Assembly: GCA_964035545.1 (NCBI GenBank)
Contig: OZ037767.1
Location: forward strand, 16,236,381 to 16,300,380
Direction of reading: 5' to 3'
Source: Bugula neritina
Lineage: Eukaryota > Animalia > Bryozoa
DNA length: 64,000 nucleotides
Every line of letters starts with the position of its first letter. Within the stretch, counting starts at the first letter, position 1. Positions 56,101 to 64,000 of the stretch are shown piece by piece. The translations under genes were made by a program, and so were the position numbers. The notes below the pieces were generated by a model. That model was not told the DNA's origin and did not search any database. It saw only the letters and a list, made by a program, of their open reading frames with translations.

Positions 56101-59100
56101 TACTATGATACTATATATTCTAATACTATGATACTCTATATTCTAATACTATGATACTCTATATTCTAATACTATGATACTATATATTCTAATACTATGA
56201 TACTATATACTCTAATACTATGATACTATATACTCTAATACTATGATACTATATATTCTAATACTATGATACTATATACTCTAATACTATGATACTATAT
56301 ACTCTAATACTATGATACTATATATTCTAATACTATGATACTCTATACTCTAATACTATGATACTCTATACTCTAATACTATGATACTATATACTCTAAT
56401 ACTATGATACTATATATTCTAATACCATGATAATATATACTCTAATACTATGATACTATATACTCTAATACTATGATACTATATACTCTAATACTATGAT
56501 ACTATATATTCTAATACTATGATACTATATATTCTAATACTATGATACTCTATATATTCTAATACTATGATACTCTATATATTCTAATACTATGATACTA
56601 TATATTCTAATACTATGATACTCTATATTCTAATACTATGATACTATATACTCTAATACTATGATACTCTATATTCTAATACTATGATACTATATACTCT
56701 AATACTATGATACTATATATTCTAATACTATGATACTATATATTCTAATACTATGATACTCTATATTCTAATACTATGATACTCTATACTCTAATACTAT
56801 GATACTATATATTCTAATACTATGATACTATATATTCTAATACTATGATACTATATATTCTAATACTATGATACTATATATTCTAATACTATGATACTAT
56901 ATATTCTAATACTATGATACTATATACTCTAATACTTTGATACTATATATTCTAATACTATGATACTCTATATTCTAATACTATGATACCATATATTCTA
57001 ATACTATGATACTATATACTCTAATACTATGATACTATATATTCTAATACTATGATACTATATATTCTAATACTATGATACTCTATATTCTAATACTATG
57101 ATACTATATATTCTAATACTATGATACTATATATTCTAATACTATGATACTATATACTCTAATACTATGATACTATATACTCTAATACTATGATACTATA
57201 TACTCTAATACTATGATACTATATATTCTAATACTATGATACTCTATATTCTTATACTATGATACTATATATTCTAATACTATGATACTATATATTCTAA
57301 TACTATGATACTATATACTCTAATACTATGATACTATATACTCTAATACTATGATACTCTATATTCTAATACTATGGTACTATATATTCTACTACTATGA
57401 TACTATATACTCTAATACTATGATACTATATACTCTAATACTATGATACTCTATATTCTAATATTATGATACTATATACTCTAATACTATGATACTATAT
57501 ATTCTAATACTATGATACTATATATTCTAATACTATGATACTATATATTCTAATACTATGATACTATATACTCTAATACTATGATACTCTATATTCTAAT
57601 ACTATGATACTCTATATTCTAATACTATGATACTATATACTCTAATACTATGATACTATATACTCTAATACTATGATACTATATACTCTAATACTATGAT
57701 ACTATATATTCTAATACTATGATACTATATATTCTAATACTATGATACTAAATACTCTAATACTATGATACTATATATTCTAATACTATGATACTATATA
57801 TTCTAATACTATGATACTATATACTCTAATACTATGATACTCTATATTCTAATACTATGATACTATATATTCTAATACTATGATACTATATATTCTAATA
57901 CTATGATACTATATACTCTAATACTATGATACTATATATTCTAATACTATGATACTATATATTCTAATACTATGATACTATATATTCTAATACTATGATA
58001 CTCTATATTCTAATACTATGATACTATATACTCTAATACTATGATACTATATATTCTAATACTATGATACTATATATTCTAATACTATGATACTATATAC
58101 TCTAATACTATGATACTCTATATTCTAATACTATGATACTATATATTCTAATACTATGATACTATATATTCTAATACTATGATACTATATATTCTAATAC
58201 TATGATACTCTATATTCTAATACTATGATACTATATATTCTAATACTATGATACTATGTATTCTAATACTATGATACTATATATTCTAATACTATGATAC
58301 TATATACTCTAATACTATGATACTCTATATTCTAATACTATGATACTATATATTCTAATACTATGATACTATATATTCTAATACTATGATACTATATATT
58401 CTAATACTATGATACTCTATATTCTAATACTATGATACTATATACTCTAATACTATGATACTATATACTCTAATACTATGATACTCTATATTCTAATACT
58501 ATGATACTATATATTCTAATACTATAATACTATATATTCTAATACTATGATACTATATATACTAATACCATGATACTATATATTATTCTAATACTATGAT
58601 ACTATATACTCTAATACTATGATACTATATATTCTAATACTATGATACTATATATTATGATACTATGATACTCTATACTCTAATACTATGATACTATATA
58701 TTCTAATACTATGATACTATATATTCTAATACTATGATACTATATATACTAATACTATGATACTATATATTCTAATACTATGATACTATATACTCTAATA
58801 CTATGATACTATATATTTTATTACTATGATACTCTATATTCTAATACTATGATACTATATATTCTAATACTATGGTACTATATACTCTAATACTATGATA
58901 CTATATACTCTAATACTAAGATACTATATATTCTGATACTATGATACTCTATACTCTAATACTATGATACTATATACTCTAATACTATGATACTATATAT
59001 TCTAATAGTATGATACTATATATCCTTAATACTATGATACTATATATTCTAATACTATGATACTATATATTCTAATACTATGATACTATATATTCTAATA

Positions 59101-62100
59101 CTATGATACTATATACTCTAATACTATGATACTATATATTCTAATAGTATGATACTATATATTCTAATACTATGATACTATATACTCTAATACTATGATA
59201 CTATATATTCTAATACTATGATACTATATATTCTAATACTATGATACTATATATTCTAATACTATGATACTATATACTCTAATACTATGATACTATATAT
59301 TCTAATAGTATGATACTATATATTCTAATACTATGATACTATATATTCTAATACTATGATACTATATATTCTAATACTATGATACTATATATTCTAATAC
59401 TATGATACTATATACTCTAATACTATGATACTATATATTCTAATACTATGATACTATATATTCTAATACTATGATACTCTATATTCTAATACTATGATAC
59501 TCTATATTCTAATACTATGATACTATATATTCTAATACTATGATACTATATACTCTAATACTATGATACTATATACTCTAATACTATGATACTATATATT
59601 CTAATACTATGATACTATATACTCTAATACTATGATACTATATACTCTAATACTATGATACTATATATTCTAATACTATGATACTCTATACTCTAATACT
59701 ATGATACTCTATACTCTAATACTATGATACTATATATTCTAATACTATGATACTATATATTCTAATACTATGATACTATATATTCTAATACTATGATACT
59801 ATATACTCTAATACTATGATACTATATATTCTAATACTATGATACTATATACTCTAATACTATGATACTATATATTCTAATAGTATGATACTATATATTC
59901 TAATACTATGATACTATATATTCTAATACTATGATACTATATATTCTAATACTATGATACTATATATTCTAATACTATGATACTATATACTCTAATACTA
60001 TGATACTATATATTCTAATAGCTATGATACTATATATTCTAATACTATGATACTATATATTCTAATACTATGATACTATATATTCTAATACTATGATACT
60101 ATATATTCTAATACTATGATACTATATACTCTAATACTATGATACTATATATTCTAATACTATGATACTATATATTCTAATACTATGATACTATATATTC
60201 TAATACTATGATACTATATACTCTAATACTATGATACTATATACCCTAATACTATGATACTCTATATTCTAATACTATGATACTATATATTCTAATACTA
60301 TGATACTATATATTCTAATACTATGATACTATATACTCTAATACTATGATACTATATATTCTAATACTATGATACTATATATTCTAATACTATGATACTC
60401 TATATTCTAATACTATGATACTATATATTCTAATACTATGGTACTATATATTCTAATACTATGATACTATATACTCTAATACTATGATACTATATATTCT
60501 AATACTATGATACTATATACTCTAATACTATGATACTATATATTCTAATACTATGATACTATATATTCTAATACTATGATACTATATATTCTAATACTAT
60601 GATACTATATATACTAATACTATGGTACTATATATTCTAATACTATGATACTATATACTCTAATACTATGATACTATATATTCTAATACTATGATACTAT
60701 ATACTCTAATACTATGATACTATATACTCTAATACTATGATACTATATACTCTAATACTATGATACTATATATTCTAATACTATGATACTATATACTCTA
60801 ATACTATGATACTATATTTTATAATAGTATGATACTATATATTCTAATACTATGATACTATATATTCTAATACTATGATACTATATATTCTAATACTATG
60901 ATACTATATATTCTAATACTATGATACTATATATTCTAATACTATGATACTATATATTCTAATACTATGATACCTATATATTCTAATACTATGATACTAT
61001 ATATTCTAATACTATGATACTATATACTCTAATACTATGATACTATATACTCTAATACTATGATACTATATACTCTAATACTATGATACTATATATTCTA
61101 ATACTATGATACTATATACTCTAATACTATGATACTATATATTCTAATAGTATGATACTATATATTCTAATACTATGATACTATATATTCTAATACTATG
61201 ATACTATATATTCTAATACTATGATACTATATATTCTAATACTATGATACTATATACTCTAATACTATGATACTATATATTCTAATACTATGATACTATA
61301 TATTCTAATACTCTGATACTATATATTCTAATACTATGATACTATATACTCTAATACTATGATACTATATATTCTAATACTATGATACTATATATTCTAA
61401 TACTATGATACTATATACTCTAATACTATGATACTATATATTCTAATAGTATGATACTATATATTCTAATACTATGATACTATATATTCTAATACTATGA
61501 TACTATATATTCTAATACTATGATACTATATATACTAATACTATGATACTATATATTCTAATACTATGATACTATATACTCTAATACTATGATACTATAT
61601 ATTCTAATACTATGATACTATATACTCTAATACTATGATACTATATACTCTAATACTATGATACTATATACTCTAATACTAGACTATATATTCTAATACT
61701 ATGATACTATATACTCTAATACTATGATACTATATATTCTAATACTATGATACTATATATTCTAATACTATGATACTATATATTCTAATACTATGATACT
61801 ATATATTCTAATACTATGATACTATATATTCTAATACTATGATACTATATACTCTAATACTATGATACTATATATTCTAATACTATGATACTATATATTC
61901 TAATACTATGATACTATATACTCTAATACTATGATACTATATATTCTAATACTATGATACTATATACTCTAATACTATGATACTATATATTCTAATACTA
62001 TGATACTATATATCCTAATACTATGATACTATATATTCTAATACTATGATACTATATATTCTAATACTATGATACTATATATTCTAATACTATGATACTA

Positions 62101-64000
62101 TATACTCTAATACTATGATACTATATATTCTAATACTATGATACTATATACTCTAATACTATGATACTATATACTCTAATACTATGATACTATATATTCT
62201 AATACTATGATACTATATATTCTAATACTATGATACTATATATTCTAATACTATGATACTATATACTCTAATACTATGATACTATATATTCTAATACTAT
62301 GATACTATATATTCTAATACTATGATACTATATATTCTAATACTATGATACTATATATTCTAATACTATGATACTATATATTCTAATACTATGATACTAT
62401 ATACTCTAATACTATGATACTATATATTCTAATACTATGATACTATATATTCTAATACTATGATACTCTATATTCTAATACTATGATACTATATATTCTA
62501 ATACTATGATACTATATATTCTAATACTATGATACTATATACTTCTAATACTATGATACTATATACTCTAATACTATGATACTATATATTCTAATACTAT
62601 GATACTATATACTCTAATACTATGATACTATATACTTCTAATACTATGATACTATATAATCTAATACTATGATACTCTATACTCTAATACTATGATACTC
62701 TATACTCTAATACTATGATACTATATACTCTAATACTATGATACTATATATTCTAATACCTATGATACTATATACTCTAATACTATGATACTATATACTC
62801 TAATACTATGATACTATATACTCTAATACTATGATACTATATATTCTAATACTATGATACTATATATTCTAATACTATGATACTCTATATTCTAATACTA
62901 TGATACTCTATATATTCTAATACTATGATACTATATATTCTAATACTATGATACTCTATATTCTAATACTATGATACTATATACTCTAATACTATGATAC
63001 TCTATATTCTAATACTATGATACTATATACTCTAATACTTTATGATACTATATATTCTAATACTATGATACTATATATTCTAATACTATGATACTCTATA
63101 TTCTAATACTATGATACTCTATACTCTAATACTATGATACTATATATTCTAATACTATGATACTATATATTCTAATACTATGATACTATATATTCTAATA
63201 CTATGATACTATATATTCTAATACTATGATACTATATATTCTAATACTATGATACTATATACTCTAATACTTTTGATACTATATATTCTAATACTATGAT
63301 ACTATATACTCTAATACTATGATACTATATATTCTAATACTATGATACTATATATTCTAATACTATGATACTATATATTCTAATACTATGATACTATATA
63401 TTCTAATACTATGATACTCTATATTCTAATACTATGATACTATATATTCTAATACTATGATACTATATATTCTAATACTATGATACTATATACTCTAATA
63501 CTATGATACTATATACTCTAATACTATGATACTATATACTCTAATACTATGATACTATATATTCTAATACTATGATACTCTATATTCTTAATACTATGAT
63601 ACTATATATTCTAATACTATGATACTATATATTCTAATACTATGATACTATATACTCTAATACTATGATACTATATACTCTAATACTATGATACTCTATA
63701 TTCTAATACTATGGTACTATATATTCTACTACTATGATACTATATACTCTAATACTATGATACTATATACCTAATACTATGGAACTCTATATTCTAATAT
63801 TATGATACTATATACTCTATTACTATGATACTATAATATTCTAATACTATGATACTATATATTCGTAATGACTATGATACTATATATTCTAATACTATGA
63901 TACTATATAATCTAATACTATGATACTCTATATTCTAATACTTATGATACTCTATTATTCTAATACTATGATACTATATACTCTAATACTATGATACTAT
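50121..64000 (-). repeat. Same 23-bp satellite in inverted orientation; mirror image of ~36.2-50.1 kb
   Basis: Orientation flips at ATTAGAATAT|ATATTCTAAT. Rare variants mirror one-to-one (e.g. 49615/50604, 47842/52377, 46890/53329). Confidence 0.98.

Noticed and set aside
34017-64000. CRISPR array or telomeric repeat
   Set aside because: No unique spacers and eukaryotic context; the AT-rich 23-mer is unlike G-rich telomerase repeats.

Overview
AT-rich, intron-containing animal (invertebrate-type) genomic DNA; most ORF-track entries are spurious and the real genes are spliced. (1) Two tandem copies, about 22.65 kb apart, of a TRIM-like gene (RING, B-box1, B-box2, coiled coil, NHL-like beta-propeller) on +. 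Copy 1 is 5'-partial (49-4948) and copy 2 is complete (21538-27481). Their introns are nearly identical, but the propeller exon differs at about 34 residues clustered in predicted loops. (2) The 3' exons of an INSM1/nerfin/egl-46 zinc-finger gene (8480-11326, +), whose first visible exon is disrupted. A promoter plus three small exons (14981-15885/15903) lies downstream and may be the matching 5' half. (3) The kinase-domain exons of BUB1 (31307-34004, -), with different minisatellites in most introns. (4) A >30 kb 23-bp satellite (34017-64000) starting at a BUB1 splice acceptor; it has multi-kb higher-order duplications and folds back at about 50120 into a >27 kb palindrome, which may be an assembly artefact. 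Mobile DNA: three PIF/Harbinger-type MITE insertions, a 1.9 kb hAT fold-back element with an 8-bp TSD, tRNA-like SINE heads, and a Penelope-type tail with a minimal type I hammerhead-like fold (28644-28694).
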